A stretch of DNA of 64,000 nt from an uncultured Chloroflexia bacterium (GCA_963824735.1 CAWGQH010000009.1:12142-76141); one strand, 5' to 3'; shown: positions 22,096 through 33,485, numbered from the stretch's first letter. Notes: generated by a model from the letters alone, not told the origin. A program made the numbers and translations.

Positions 22096-24159
22096 CTACT
22101 GCAGGTAGGCGAACGCGTCGATGTCGAAGCGTGGATGGCCGGCCGTGCCGGTGAGGACGAGCTTGACCTTGTGGCTGCCCGACGTGCCCCAGTTCCGGGC
22201 GAACAACACGATCTTGGACTGCGACGAGCTGCGGTAGGCGCTGGTGGTCCCGACGTAGGTCCCGTCGACGTAGACCTTCGCGCCGCCGCGACCGGTGCTC
22301 TTCGGTACGATCGCCGCAACGGCACGTCCGGTGAAGCTGAACTGGACCCACGCCCCGGACTTCGTTGCGTAGCGCGTGCTGCCACCTGACGCCGACGAGG
22401 AGCTCGCGGTGGTCCATGTGCCGCCGTACGTCACCCCCGTCCCGTTCTGCTGGGTCAGCTTCGAGCGGACCTGGGGACCGTCGACATATTCGCCGGTGTT
22501 GCCTGCCCGGTCTTGCGCACGCACCCGGTAGCGGTAGGCGGTCGAGAACGTGAGCGAGCGGTCGGAGTACAGGCCCGAGGTCGAGGCGGTGACGGTGGTC
22601 CAGCCGGCACCGTTGACCGACTGGCGCAGCGCGTAGGAGGCGACGCCGCTGAGGTCGTCGGTGCCCGCCGGCCAGCGGACCCGCGTCGAGATCGCGCTGC
22701 CGATCGCGATGCCGGTGACGAATGAGTAACTGTTCGGCGCTGATGCCGTCGGATCGGTGTGGTCGATCGCCGCGGCGGCGCTCGCGACGCGACCCGTCAG
22801 CGTCATGCCGCCCGTGTCGCCCACGTTCTTGGCGGTGTCGAGGATCCGCTTCTTGAGGTCGGTCGGGGTCGTGAGGATGGACGGCGTCAGGGAGCCGACC
22901 ACCGCCGCGATCGCCGAGACGTGCGGCGCGGCCATCGACGTCCCGTCGAGATAGTAGTAGCCGGCTTCGTTGCCGTCGTAAGCGGGGACGAGCGAGGCGA
23001 TGCTCACTCCGGGTGCCGACACGTCGACGCTCGTCTCGCCATAGTTCGAGAACGACGCGAGCTGCCCGGTGTTGTCGACTGCCGCGACGCTCAGGATGTT
23101 CGGCAGGTCGAAGGACGCCGGAATGCTCGGCCTGCTGACGCTGTCGAGGTCCTGACCGCTGTTGCCGGCTGCCGCGACGAACAGCATCCCCGAGTCCTCG
23201 ATCGCGTTGCGCAGCGGAACGTCGTCGGCGGGATCACCGAACGGCGGCGAGCTCGCCGGGCGAGCCCAGGAGTTGTTCGAGATCCGCACGCCGAAGGACG
23301 TCGCGTATTCGATGGCCGCGATCGCCTGATCGTCCCAGCCGCAGGCCGGGTCGTCGCCGAGGAACTTGAGCGCCATGATCTTCACGCCCGGCGCAAGGCC
23401 GACGATGCCCGCCCCGTCGAGCTTCGCCGCGATCGTTCCCGAGACGTGCGTTCCGTGGAAGTCGTCGCCGGGGTCGTGGAGGGTCTTGTCGTCGTGGCAG
23501 AAGTCCCAGCCGTTGACGTCGTCGATGTAGCCGTTCGCATCGTCGTCGACGTTGTTCGTCTCCTTGCCGCCGCCGGATTCCCCGGGGTTGACCCACGCCT
23601 GGCCGGCGAGATCGGGCTGGCTGAAGTCGACGCCGTCGTCGATGACCGCGACGACGACCCCGGTACCGGTCGACACGCCCAGCGATTCGCGGCCGTCGAC
23701 GTCGACATTCGCGAGACCCGCAAATGCCTCGATGGTCTGGCCCGTGTTGTGCAGGCCCCACAGCTCATCCCAGAACTGCTCGTCCTCCGGATCCGCTGCC
23801 CGATACAGACGGTGGCTGACCTGCACCGTGCGGACGGACGGATCGCGCTCGAGGCGGCGCTTCTCGGAGCGCAGCGCGGTCCGGGTCGTCTGATAGATCG
23901 CCCGCCTGGCGCCGCGCTCGAACGTCACGAGCGAGACGGCTGAGCCCTCGAACGCCTGGGCGTCGGAGCGAGAGGCGTTGTCCCTGAACGTGACGACGAG
24001 CCGGACCGCATCGTCGGTGCGCCGGTCCCACGCAGGGCGGCCGGCGGACTGGACGCCGCTCCGATCAGCGGCGAGTGCTGTCCCCGTCGATGCGACCGTG
24101 AGCGCCGCCAGGATGACGAAGGCGGCGATGCGGACGCGAGCGCGGCGAGCCGGTTGCAC
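22096..24159 (-). CDS. Secreted S8 subtilase with C-terminal FN3-like and beta-sandwich domains
   Basis: Catalytic triad motifs VIDDG, HGTHVSG and GTSMAAPH, plus a signal peptide. Start uncertain (GTG 24159 with AGAGG upstream). Confidence 0.9.
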   Translation of the reverse strand: MQPARRARVRIAAFVILAALTVASTGTALAADRSGVQSAGRPAWDRRTDDAVRLVVTFRDNASRSDAQAFEGSAVSLVTFERGARRAIYQTTRTALRSEKRRLERDPSVRTVQVSHRLYRAADPEDEQFWDELWGLHNTGQTIEAFAGLANVDVDGRESLGVSTGTGVVVAVIDDGVDFSQPDLAGQAWVNPGESGGGKETNNVDDDANGYIDDVNGWDFCHDDKTLHDPGDDFHGTHVSGTIAAKLDGAGIVGLAPGVKIMALKFLGDDPACGWDDQAIAAIEYATSFGVRISNNSWARPASSPPFGDPADDVPLRNAIEDSGMLFVAAAGNSGQDLDSVSRPSIPASFDLPNILSVAAVDNTGQLASFSNYGETSVDVSAPGVSIASLVPAYDGNEAGYYYLDGTSMAAPHVSAIAAVVGSLTPSILTTPTDLKKRILDTAKNVGDTGGMTLTGRVASAAAAIDHTDPTASAPNSYSFVTGIAIGSAISTRVRWPAGTDDLSGVASYALRQSVNGAGWTTVTASTSGLYSDRSLTFSTAYRYRVRAQDRAGNTGEYVDGPQVRSKLTQQNGTGVTYGGTWTTASSSSASGGSTRYATKSGAWVQFSFTGRAVAAIVPKSTGRGGAKVYVDGTYVGTTSAYRSSSQSKIVLFARNWGTSGSHKVKLVLTGTAGHPRFDIDAFAYLQ

Positions 24160-24277
24160 GGTGGGGTGACCTCTGGACGGTGCCGCGACGGGAAGCGGCT
24201 GTAGCGCGCATCGTACGCGGCAATTCAATAACGCCGTGACAGCCTAGATGTCACGGGACGCGCGCACCGTTCGGGCC

Positions 24278-25570
24278 ATGGAAGCCAGAACGCTCGTGCC
24301 GCTGCCGTCGACCGCCGATGGAACCCCCGCGTCGGCCCGCGTCCAGGTGCAGGGCGACCGGATCGTCGTGGACCGCCTGGTCCTCCACGACCCGTCGCTC
24401 GCCGCGTCGCTCGGCGATCGCCCGGCCGAAGAGCGGCCGGCATTCGTCGAACGCGCCCTGCGCATCGGGCTGATTGCGCTCCAGGACGCGGGCGTGAGCG
24501 TCAACGTCGACGTCGTCCGGTCCGAGTTCGAACGCGTCCTGCGCCAGACCGAGCAGGTCAACGAGCGCGCCGCCGTGGCGCTCGAGGAGACGCTGCGCAC
24601 GAACTTCGCCGACGGGGACGGGCGCCTGCCGCGAACGCTCGAGCGGTTCCTCGGGGATCGCGGTGCCCTGCGCGCCATGGTCGATGAGCTGTTCGACGAG
24701 TCGAAGCGCGACAGCGCGATCGGCCGGATCGGCCGGATGCTCGAGCGCTACTTCGACGGCGACGCCTCGAAGCTGGCGGTACTGCTCGATCCGACGCGCC
24801 TGAACTCGCCGATGTACCAGTTCCGCGAGGAGATCAGCGGTGGGTTCAAGGCGATCGAGGAGCGCCTGGTGGCGATCGAGGCGGCTGCCGCAGCCCGTGG
24901 CGCCGAACGTGCCCGATCCGCGGCGAAGGGCGCGGACTTCGAGGAAGCGCTCGACGCGCTCCTGGGCGAGCTCGCGCGCGGAGCCGGCGACCTGCTCGAT
25001 CGGACGGGAACCGAGACGGGTGCGCTCCTGAAGTCGAAGAAGGGCGACTTCGTGATCACGATCGATTCGCGGGTTGCACGGGGCGCGGACCTGCGCGTCG
25101 TCGTCGAGGCGAAGGACCGCCCGATGTCCATGCGCGCGATCCGCGAGGAGCTGCGGGAGGCTCGCGAGAACCGAGGGGCGGCGGTCGGCCTTGTCGTCTT
25201 CAGCGCGGCACACGCTCCCAGCGGGATCGCGCCGTTCGCCATCGTCGGGACGGACGTGTACTGCGTCGTCGATCCGGAGGCGCCCGACGCCGCCACGGTC
25301 GAGGCGGCGGTCCGACTGGCGCGCCTGCTCGCCCTCGCCACGCTCGACGAGCACGAGGTCGAAGTCGATGCGGCGGCGATCGGAGCGGCGCTGACCGCGA
25401 TCCGGGAGCAGCTGGACACGGTCCGGACGCTGAAGTCGCAGCTCACCTCGATCTCGACCGCCACCAAACAGATCTGGTCTGGTCTGGACGTGATGCGCTC
25501 GAACATCCTGGCTCGTGTCGCAGAGGCAGAGACCGAGATCCAGCCGGGAACTAGCCACCTTCGAACCTGA
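24278..25570 (+). CDS. Coiled-coil protein with PD-(D/E)XK-like domain (RmuC/DUF2130-like)
   Basis: Helical N-terminal half, then KGADFEE..KGDFV..VVEAK, then a C-terminal coiled coil. Confidence 0.65.
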   Translation: MEARTLVPLPSTADGTPASARVQVQGDRIVVDRLVLHDPSLAASLGDRPAEERPAFVERALRIGLIALQDAGVSVNVDVVRSEFERVLRQTEQVNERAAVALEETLRTNFADGDGRLPRTLERFLGDRGALRAMVDELFDESKRDSAIGRIGRMLERYFDGDASKLAVLLDPTRLNSPMYQFREEISGGFKAIEERLVAIEAAAAARGAERARSAAKGADFEEALDALLGELARGAGDLLDRTGTETGALLKSKKGDFVITIDSRVARGADLRVVVEAKDRPMSMRAIREELREARENRGAAVGLVVFSAAHAPSGIAPFAIVGTDVYCVVDPEAPDAATVEAAVRLARLLALATLDEHEVEVDAAAIGAALTAIREQLDTVRTLKSQLTSISTATKQIWSGLDVMRSNILARVAEAETEIQPGTSHLRT

Positions 25571-25807
25571 CTAACCGTCTCGGAGCTCTCCGAGGGCTGA
25601 GGCGACGCGGCGCTAGCCATCAGCCCGAGGATCGCGCGAATGAGCGCGCTCGCTCGGGTGCTCAGCGGCGCCTTCGCCTGAACCGTCCGCGACCGATCTG
25701 AAATGGCGTCTTTGCTGACCTATCGGTACCGAACCATCTAGGACCGCATCACTAGCGTTGACCGGGACCACCGGGTCCTAGGCCCGCCGGGCATCCGCCG
25801 CGAGGCT

Positions 25808-25851
25808 GGCGACGAACACCTTCCGCTCACCGGACGTGTTCCTCCGTCGCC
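25808..25851 (+). other. Long hairpin in the 5' leader of the second subtilase gene
   Basis: GGCGACG/CGTCGCC, AACAC/GTGTT and TCCG/CGGA nested arms ending about 20 nt before ATG 25873. Confidence 0.45.
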
Positions 25852-25872
25852 CCACTCGAAGCGGAGACCCTG

Positions 25873-28361
25873 ATGCGTCGCCGGATCAGCCTGATTTTCC
25901 TTGCCGCCCTGATGGTCGTGCCGGCCGTCGCGCCCGTACGGGCCGCGAAGCCGGCCCCGACCGAGCCTCCCGTGGCCTCCGCCGAGCCCGTCGCGACCCC
26001 CGACACCGACACCCGAGGCGACCGCGGAACCGACGCCCGAGGCAACTCCCGACCCGACCGAGCCGGTCGAGCCCGCGCCTCCGGACGCGTCGCCCGAGCC
26101 CGAGCCAAGCGATCCGCCGGCCGTGGAACCGACATCGTCCCCCGAGGCGACTCCCGCCGCGGATGAGACGCCCGCAACGGGCGGCGACGATTCACGCGGC
26201 CGCCCGGATGTGGCCGGCCGCTACATCGTCATCCTCGACGCGGGGACAAACACGAGCGCAACCGTCGAGCGGATGGGCCGCCAGAAGGGCATCAAGGCCG
26301 AGCGCACCTTCGGCAAGACGATCCGCGGCTTCAGCGCCCGACTTGATTCGAAGCAGCGCAAGGCACTCGAGTCCGACCCGAGCGTCGTTGTGGTCGTCCC
26401 CGATGAAGTCATCGAGGTCGAATCGCAGCACACGCCCATGGGCATCCGGCGCGTGTTCACCAAGAGCAACACGATCGCGAAGCTCAACGGCGTCGACGAG
26501 CGGGTGGACGCCGACGTGGCGATCGTCGACACGGGGATCCAGACCAGCCACCCCGACCTCAACGTCGTTGGCGGCTACAACTGCTCGACGACCAACAGGA
26601 GCGCATGGCGCGACGTGCAGGGCCACGGTACGCATGTCGCCGGCACCGTCGGGGCAAAGGACAACACGACTGGCGTCGTCGGCGTTGCGCCGGGCGTCCG
26701 GCTGTGGGCCGTCAAGATCCTGAATGACGACGGGTACGGCCTGCTGTCCTGGTATGTCTGCGGCCTGGACTGGATGCTCGCCCAGCGCGATCCGGCCGAC
26801 CCGGCCCGACCGTTGATCGAGGCCGCGAACATGAGCGTCGCGAAGAGCGGCGACGACAAATCCGATTGTGGAGCTTCCGAGAGGGACATCCTGCACCTGG
26901 CGATCTGCCGCGTGGTCAACGGCGGGATCACCGTCGTTGCCGCCGCCGGCAACGACAGGATGAGCGCCGCTCGCTGGGTTCCTGCTGCGTACAACGAAGT
27001 CATCACCGTCTCGGCCCTGGCCGACACCGACGGCAAGCCGGGTGCCCTCGGCGGGAACCTGTGCTACTCGTGGGGCTCCTACGACAGCGACGACACGTAC
27101 GCAAACTTCAGCAACTACGGGGGCGACGTCGACATCATCGCCCCCGGAAAGTGCATCTGGTCAACCAAGCCCGGCTCGACGTACGGCTACTCGTCCGGGA
27201 CGTCGATGGCGACGCCACACGTGACGGGCGCCGCGGCGCTCTACAAGGCAAGCAGGCCGCTGGCAACGCCGGGCGAGGTCAAGGAAGCCCTCCAGTACCT
27301 GGGCAACTCGAACTGGAAGACGTACACCGACCCCGATTCGACCCACGAGAAGCTGCTCGACCTGTCGAAGCTCGGGCCGCTCGGGACGTTCTCGCTGAGC
27401 GCCCCGACCACGGGCGCCGTGCCCGAGTCCGGCGGGGCTGCCTCCATTCCGATCACGATCAATCGCAGCTCGACGTTCTTCGAGCGCGTCCGGCTGTATG
27501 TGTCGGGGATCCCGGCAGGCTGGACGGCAAGCCTGGACCGCGCGAGTGTGTTCGGCTGGTCGGCGAAGTCGGCGCTGCTCAACGTGACTGCGCCCGACTC
27601 GGTGGCGGCCGGCACGTACGAGATCACCGTCAAGGGCCGGAACCAGGGACGCATCAGCGAGGTCGTCGCCACGGTTACCGTTGGCCAGGACCTGCCGACC
27701 GCGCTTGCGCCGACCTCGGCCCAGGTGAAGACGAACGTCGCCCTGAACGCCGATTCCGCACCCGCGGTCATCACCTGGCCCAGCTGCCAATGACCTGTCG
27801 AGCTCGATCTCGGGCTACGAGAGCCAGTGGAGTCGTGACGGCGGCGACTGGACCGGCACGATCGCGACGTCCGGCTCGGTCCGGACCGTGGTCCGCAACC
27901 TGGCCTTCAACAGCTCATACCAGTTCCGCGTCCGCGCGCACGACGCGGCCGGCAACTGGAGCACGTGGGCCACGACGAGCGTGCCGTACAAGTTGACCCA
28001 TACCAGCGACCGAAGTCCATCAGTGCACTACAGCGCGTCATGGAAGAAGGACTCGTCATCCTCCGCCACGTCGGACACGTTGATGAGCACGACGAGCAAC
28101 GGTGCGAAGGCGCGCTACACGTTCACCGGGAAGGGAATCGCGGTGGTCATGCCTCGCAGCCCGTCCCGTGCCTGGGTCGAGGTGCGCATCGATGGCGCGT
28201 ACGTCGGCAAGATCAGCTTGTGGGCCTCCAGCCTCAAGGCGCGTCAGACGGTGTTCTCGCGGGCCTGGTCGTCCAGCGCGACCCGGACCATCGAGCTCCG
28301 CACGGTCACCAGCAGCGCGCGCAAGGCTGTCGGCCTCGACGCCTTCGTGGTCAGCCGCTAG
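25873..28361 (+). CDS. Secreted S8 subtilase with I9-like prodomain and FN3-like C-terminus (frameshifts at ~26000 and ~27780)
   Basis: Signal peptide, PT/PE linker, and IVDTG, HGTHVAG, GTSMATPH motifs. Three track ORFs join on removing one C from each of two C runs. Confidence 0.88.
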
Positions 28362-28505
28362 CGATCGCGACTGCGAGACACCCGTCACGTCCGGCGCGGG
28401 CCGGGCAGCGGCCCCGCTTGCCCGCGTGCGCTATCGTGACCGTCCCGGCTCCAGCGGCCCGGGTTGTCGCTGGTTGCGTCGGGTGCATCGACGAGGTTCA
28501 GTGCC

Positions 28506-29456
28506 GTGGCGCGAGCGATGTGGAAGGGGGCCATCCAGTTCGGACTGGTCACCATCCCGGTGAAGCTTTATCTCGCGACCGAGTCCAAGGGCATCAGCTT
28601 CAACATGCTCCACAAGGACGACCTGTCGCGCATCCAGATGAAGATCTTCTGCCCGGTCGAGGACGAGGTCATCTCACGCTCGGACACGGTCAAGGGCTAC
28701 GAGTACTCGCCCGGCGAGTACGTCGTCGTGACCGACGAGGACCTCGAACGGGTGCCGCTCAAGACCGTCCGCTCGATCGAGATCGAGCAGTTCACCAAGG
28801 CGGAGCGCACCGACTCGAACGTCCGCTTCGTGAAGAGCGCCTACTACATCGAGCCCGACAAGGTCGGCCGCAAGGCGTTCTACCTGCTCAGGCAGGTCCT
28901 CGAGGACGAGGACCTGACGGCGATCTGCAAGGTGGTCATCAAGGACCGTGAGGCCCTGGCCGCGATCGACCCGTTCGGCGACACGATGCTGATGACGACC
29001 CTCCACTGGCCGGACGAGATCCGCTCGACCGGAGAGCTGGACCTTCCGGAGGACGGGGTCGATTTCAAGCCGGCCGAGGTCGCCATGGCCAAGCAGCTCG
29101 TGTCCGCGATGACCGGCGAATTCCGGCCCGAGGACTACAAGGACGAGTACCGCGAGGCGCTCGAGAAGATCATCGAAGCGAAGGTCGACGGCCGCGAGAC
29201 GGTCGAGGTCGAGGAGCCCGAACCCGAGGGCAAGCTGATCGACCTGATGGCCGCGCTGGAGGCGTCGGTCAGCGCCGCCACGGCGTCGCGCAAGGAACCG
29301 GTCTCGGTGTCGGAGGCGAAGGCGGCCCGCGAGCAGCGCGCGCAGAAGGGCGAGAAGGCCAAGCCCGCGGCTCGCCGAAGCGCCGCGAAGGCGAAGAGCG
29401 ACGAGGACGAAGAGGCCGCGGCATCAGGGTCGCGCCGCAAGCGCAAGTCCGCGTAG
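28506..29456 (+). CDS. ku: Ku protein (NHEJ DNA end-binding)
   Basis: MARAMWKGAIQFGLVTIPVKLY, YKDEYRE and IDLMAALEAS motifs, with a basic C-terminal tail. Confidence 0.96.
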   Translation: MARAMWKGAIQFGLVTIPVKLYLATESKGISFNMLHKDDLSRIQMKIFCPVEDEVISRSDTVKGYEYSPGEYVVVTDEDLERVPLKTVRSIEIEQFTKAERTDSNVRFVKSAYYIEPDKVGRKAFYLLRQVLEDEDLTAICKVVIKDREALAAIDPFGDTMLMTTLHWPDEIRSTGELDLPEDGVDFKPAEVAMAKQLVSAMTGEFRPEDYKDEYREALEKIIEAKVDGRETVEVEEPEPEGKLIDLMAALEASVSAATASRKEPVSVSEAKAAREQRAQKGEKAKPAARRSAAKAKSDEDEEAAASGSRRKRKSA

Positions 29457-29607
29457 CGGCGTCAACCAGGCCTTCGGGGATTTCTGCCAGATACGCATCC
29501 CACGCGTGCTAGACGAGCCTGCCGCCCCAAATACGGCCGCGAGTTAGCTGAATCAGGCTAATCGCAGGTCGCATTTCCGTCGGATTCCACGCCGAGTACG
29601 CAGCTGT

Positions 29608-29635
29608 CGTACGTGGCAGAACCGTAGGTGGCAGA
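29608..29635 (+). repeat. 13-bp direct repeat upstream of ligD
   Basis: CGTACGTGGCAGA (29608) and CGTAGGTGGCAGA (29623), period 15. Confidence 0.55.
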
Positions 29636-29707
29636 GATCGCCATCGCTGCGACTTCGGCCCGGCCGACCCTTTGCCGCTCCGCGTGCTCTTCGGCACACT
29701 TGATCCC

Positions 29708-32435
29708 GTGCCGCTGAAGGACTACCACCGCAAGCGCGACTTCACCAGGACGCCCGAGCCCGCGGGCGACGCCCGGGACGCGGATGAACGTGATGGCACC
29801 GGGCCCTCACGATCCGGCCAATTCGTTGTCCAGCGCCACCGTGCCACGCGCCTGCACTATGACTTCCGGCTCGAGATCGAGGGCGTCCTGGTCTCGTGGG
29901 CGGTCCCCAAGGGCCCGACCCTCGATTCGACCCAGCGGCGCATGGCGGTCCACGTCGAGGACCACCCGATCGAGTACTTCGACTTCGAAGGCGTCATCCC
30001 CGCGCGGCAATACGGCGCCGGCGACGTGATCGTCTGGGACTGGGGCACCTGGGAAGGGGAGGCGCCCACGCTCGACGGGCGCAAGGCGATCGCGGACGGC
30101 GAGCTCAAGTTCGTGCTCAAGGGCGAGAAGCTGCGTGGCCGGTTCACGATCGTCCGGACCGGCGGCCGCCGCGGCGCGGAGACCGGCCGGCCATTCGAGG
30201 ACGATTCCGAGCAATGGCTGCTCATCCACAAGCGCGGGCCCGAGTCCCTCGAGGGTTGGGACGCCGAGGACTTCCCGACGAGCGTCAAGACCGGTCGCAC
30301 GAACGACGAGGTCAAGGTCAACAAGGACGCGATCTGGATCAGCCAGGCGCCCGCCGGCGAGGCCGAGATCGACCTGTCGCGGGCACGCGAGGCGCGGATG
30401 CCAAACCACGTCGAACCGATGCTCGCCACCCTCGCCAGCAAGGCCTTCGACGACGCCGACTGGCTGTTCGAGATCAAGTGGGACGGCTTTCGCGTGCAGG
30501 CCGTGGTCCGCGCCGGCGACGTGCGGCTGTTCACCCGGAACCTCAAGGACGCCGAGACGTATTTCGGGCGGCTGCTGTCACCCCCGAGCTGGATCGACGC
30601 CCGCGAGGCCATCGTCGACGGGGAGGTGGTCGCGCTCGACGAGAACGGCGCGCCGGATTTCGGCCTCCTCCAGGAGCGGATCAGCGAGCTGCGCGCGGGC
30701 GGGCGGCGCACGTCGGGGCCGCTCGTCTACCAGCCCTTCGATCTGCTCTACCACGACGGGCGGTCGCTGCTCGAGGTGCCGCTCGAATCGCGCAAGCGCC
30801 TGCTCAAGACCGTCCTGCGCGAGCATCCCCGTGTCCGCTTCGCGTCGCACGTGGACACCAACGGGCTGGCCTTCCATGCGGCCGCCCAGGAGCGTGGTCT
30901 CGAGGGGATCGTGGCCAAGCTGCGGACCTCGCGCTACGAGCCCGGCCGTCGCTCGAGCGCGTGGCTCAAGATCAAGATCCGGCCCGAGCAGGAGCTCGTC
31001 GTCGGCGGCTGGACGCCCGGAGAAGGGAATGCCCGCGATCTCGGCGCGCTTGCGATCGGTGTCTACGAGGACGGGGCGCTGCGCTATGCCGGCAAGGTGG
31101 GCTCCGGGTTCACGGGCGCGACCCGCAAGCGCCTCATTGAGCGCCTGGCTCCGCTTGCAACCGACGACCCGCCGTTCGACCCCGCACCCGAGCGCAAGGG
31201 CGAGTTGCGCAACGTGACGTGGGTCAGGCCCGAGCTCGTGATCCGTGCCGAGCTCGGCGGCTGGTCCCGCGACAACCTCGTTCGGCAGACCTCGTTCAAG
31301 GGGATCGAGGAAGGCCGCGACCCGACGACCGTGCTTCGTGAGCGGGCGGTCGAGACCGGCGAGGCGGTGCAGGCCGCCGAAGCGTCGGCGGTCCCGCAGG
31401 CAGACGATGGAGGTCCCCCGATGCCCAGGTCCCCCGCCACACCGAAGACAGGCTCGCCCGAGCACCCGTGGGTCGCGACGAAGGAGGAGCTCGAGGCGCT
31501 CGACGGGCTCGGCAAGGAGGGCATATGGCGGGTTGGCGGCGAGGACCTCAAGCTCACCAACCTCGACAAGCAGCTGTTCCCGCCGCTCGAAGGCTCGGGC
31601 GAGGAGCCGATCACGAAGCGGGAGCTGATCCGCTACTTCGCCCGGATCGCCCCGACGATCCTCCCGCACCTCGCTGACCGCCCGCTGAACCTGAACCGCT
31701 TTCCGAACGGCGTGGGCGGCCCCGGCTTCTGGCAGAAAGACCTGCCGGACACGGTACCGGGCTGGCTGAACCGCTGGGTCGAGACCGGGGTCGAGGAGCG
31801 CGAGGATCGCAAGCCGAACACCCACCTGCTCGCCGATCGGGTCGCCACGATGTGCTGGCTCGGCAACCAGGCGGCGTTCGAGATCCACGCCTGGACGTCG
31901 AAGAAGGAAGACCCGTGGCGGCCCGACCTTCGCGCTGGTCGACATCGACCCGGGCGACAAGACGACCTGGGAAGAGACCGTCACCCTCGCGCGGCTGTAC
32001 CGGACCGCGTTCGAACACCTCGGCGTCCGTGCCTACCCGAAGCTCACCGGCAAGCGCGGCATCCAGGCCTGGATCCCGGTCGTGCCCGGCAAGTACGAGT
32101 ACGCGGACACGAGCGCGTGGGTGGAGAAGGTGTCGAAGGCGGTCGGCGCGATGGTCCCCGACCTCGTCTCGTGGGAGTGGGCGAAGGCCGGCCGGAAGGG
32201 ACGAGCCCGCCTCGACTACACCCAGAACGCGTCGATCAAGACGCTGGTGGCGCCGTACGCGGTGCGGCCGGCGGCCGGTGCGCCGGTGTCGGCGCCGATC
32301 ACCTGGGAGGAGCTGGACGACCCCGACCTGCGACCGAACCGCTGGACGATCCGCGACGTCGTCGAGCGGGTCGAGCAGGTCGGCGACCTGTTCGCCGCCG
32401 CACAGACGGACCTCCAGGAGCTTCCGAAGGTCTAG
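29708..32435 (+). CDS. ligD: LigD, domain order phosphoesterase-ligase-polymerase (frameshift near 31924)
   Basis: PE: FVVQRHRATRLHYDFRLE. LIG: EIKWDG, EGIVAK, WLKIK. POL: DIDP and LDYTQN in the shifted frame ending at 32435. Confidence 0.93.
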
Positions 32436-32439
32436 CTGG

Positions 32440-33453
32440 CTAGCCGGCGCGCGTCTCGATCTCGGCCACCCACTTCACCCAGTCGAGCCCGCGGTGACCG
32501 GGTACGACGAGTCGGAGCGGCGCGCCGTTGCCGGCCGGGAGGTCGGCCCCGGCACAGCCCCACGCAAGCAGGCAGTCCGCCGCTTCGCCGGGCGGCACGA
32601 GCGTGGCCCAGCCGGTCGCCGAGCGGACGACGACGTCGCCGTCGACCGGGACGCCCGCGGCCTGGAGGACCGTGACCAGCGGCACGCCCTGCCAGTCGGT
32701 CTCGAGCGCCCAGCCCGAGGTGCAGTCGAGCACGGCCGTCCGGGTGGTCGAGCCCAGGCCGCGCAGCTCGTCGAGGGCGAACGCGCGATCGCCGACTCGC
32801 AGGCGCCAGCGGGCAGCGTCAATCGATGGGGCGGGCTCGCCGAAGAACGTGGTCTGCGGCGGTATGCCGCCGGGCGGCAGCCAGCGCGAGCCGGTGAACC
32901 GGCGCTCGCCGCCGCGGACCAGCTCGACACCGTCGGCAGCGCCGCGGATCCCGACCGCCGCGACCAGCAGGCCGCCGCCGACGAGCACGGATCGGCGCGT
33001 CAGGAGCCGCGCCCGCTGTCTGTCGATCGCACCGGACGCGGGCCGCAGGAGCCGCCAGCGGCGGGGGAGCAGATGGAGGACGACGAGCGGCACCAGGACC
33101 AGCCCGATCCATGCGTGCACCGTCAGCAGCGTCCAGCGCATGAACCCCGCGACATCAAGCCAGACGATCTCGCCGAGCGCGACCCACAGGTAGCCGGCGG
33201 CGAGCGCCGCAGCGGCGCCGATCGTGATCACGAGTCCCAGCCCGAGTCGCCACCAGTGCCGCCCCCTGACCGCACGCGGCACGCTCCGGCGGACCTTGAG
33301 CACGAGTGCGACGACGAGCAGCCCGGCCAGGACGCCATGCGCGACGAACAGCCACGCACCGCCCGGGTCCCCGGTGCGCAGCGAGACCAGTCCCGTCGTG
33401 GCAAGCAGCACGACGAGCACCGCCAGGAATCGGTCGAGGGACGCGCTGGACAT
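32440..33453 (-). CDS. Membrane-anchored molybdopterin oxidoreductase (sulfite oxidase/MsrP-like)
   Basis: Four N-terminal TM helices, DCTSGW and GAPLRLVVPG..WVKWV motifs. Confidence 0.85.
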   Translation of the reverse strand: MSSASLDRFLAVLVVLLATTGLVSLRTGDPGGAWLFVAHGVLAGLLVVALVLKVRRSVPRAVRGRHWWRLGLGLVITIGAAAALAAGYLWVALGEIVWLDVAGFMRWTLLTVHAWIGLVLVPLVVLHLLPRRWRLLRPASGAIDRQRARLLTRRSVLVGGGLLVAAVGIRGAADGVELVRGGERRFTGSRWLPPGGIPPQTTFFGEPAPSIDAARWRLRVGDRAFALDELRGLGSTTRTAVLDCTSGWALETDWQGVPLVTVLQAAGVPVDGDVVVRSATGWATLVPPGEAADCLLAWGCAGADLPAGNGAPLRLVVPGHRGLDWVKWVAEIETRAG

Positions 33454-33485
33454 CGTCGGTCCGGGCTATCGTCCCACGGCGAGGC

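Noticed and set aside
25950-26190. Short repeated units that could suggest a CRISPR or tandem array (also 43960-44130)
   Set aside because: They are in-frame Pro/Thr/Glu linker codons, with no constant repeat-spacer period and no cas genes.
22096-28361. Subtilase + nuclease + subtilase as an anti-phage defence system
   Set aside because: Both proteases have signal peptides and surface domains, the genes are not co-oriented as an operon, and there is no ATPase partner.
29545-29560. GCTGAATC resembling the start of the ydaO c-di-AMP riboswitch
   Set aside because: The remaining conserved elements are missing.
28464-32435. LigD domain order as a novelty
   Set aside because: PE-LIG-POL is the established Pseudomonas/Agrobacterium arrangement.
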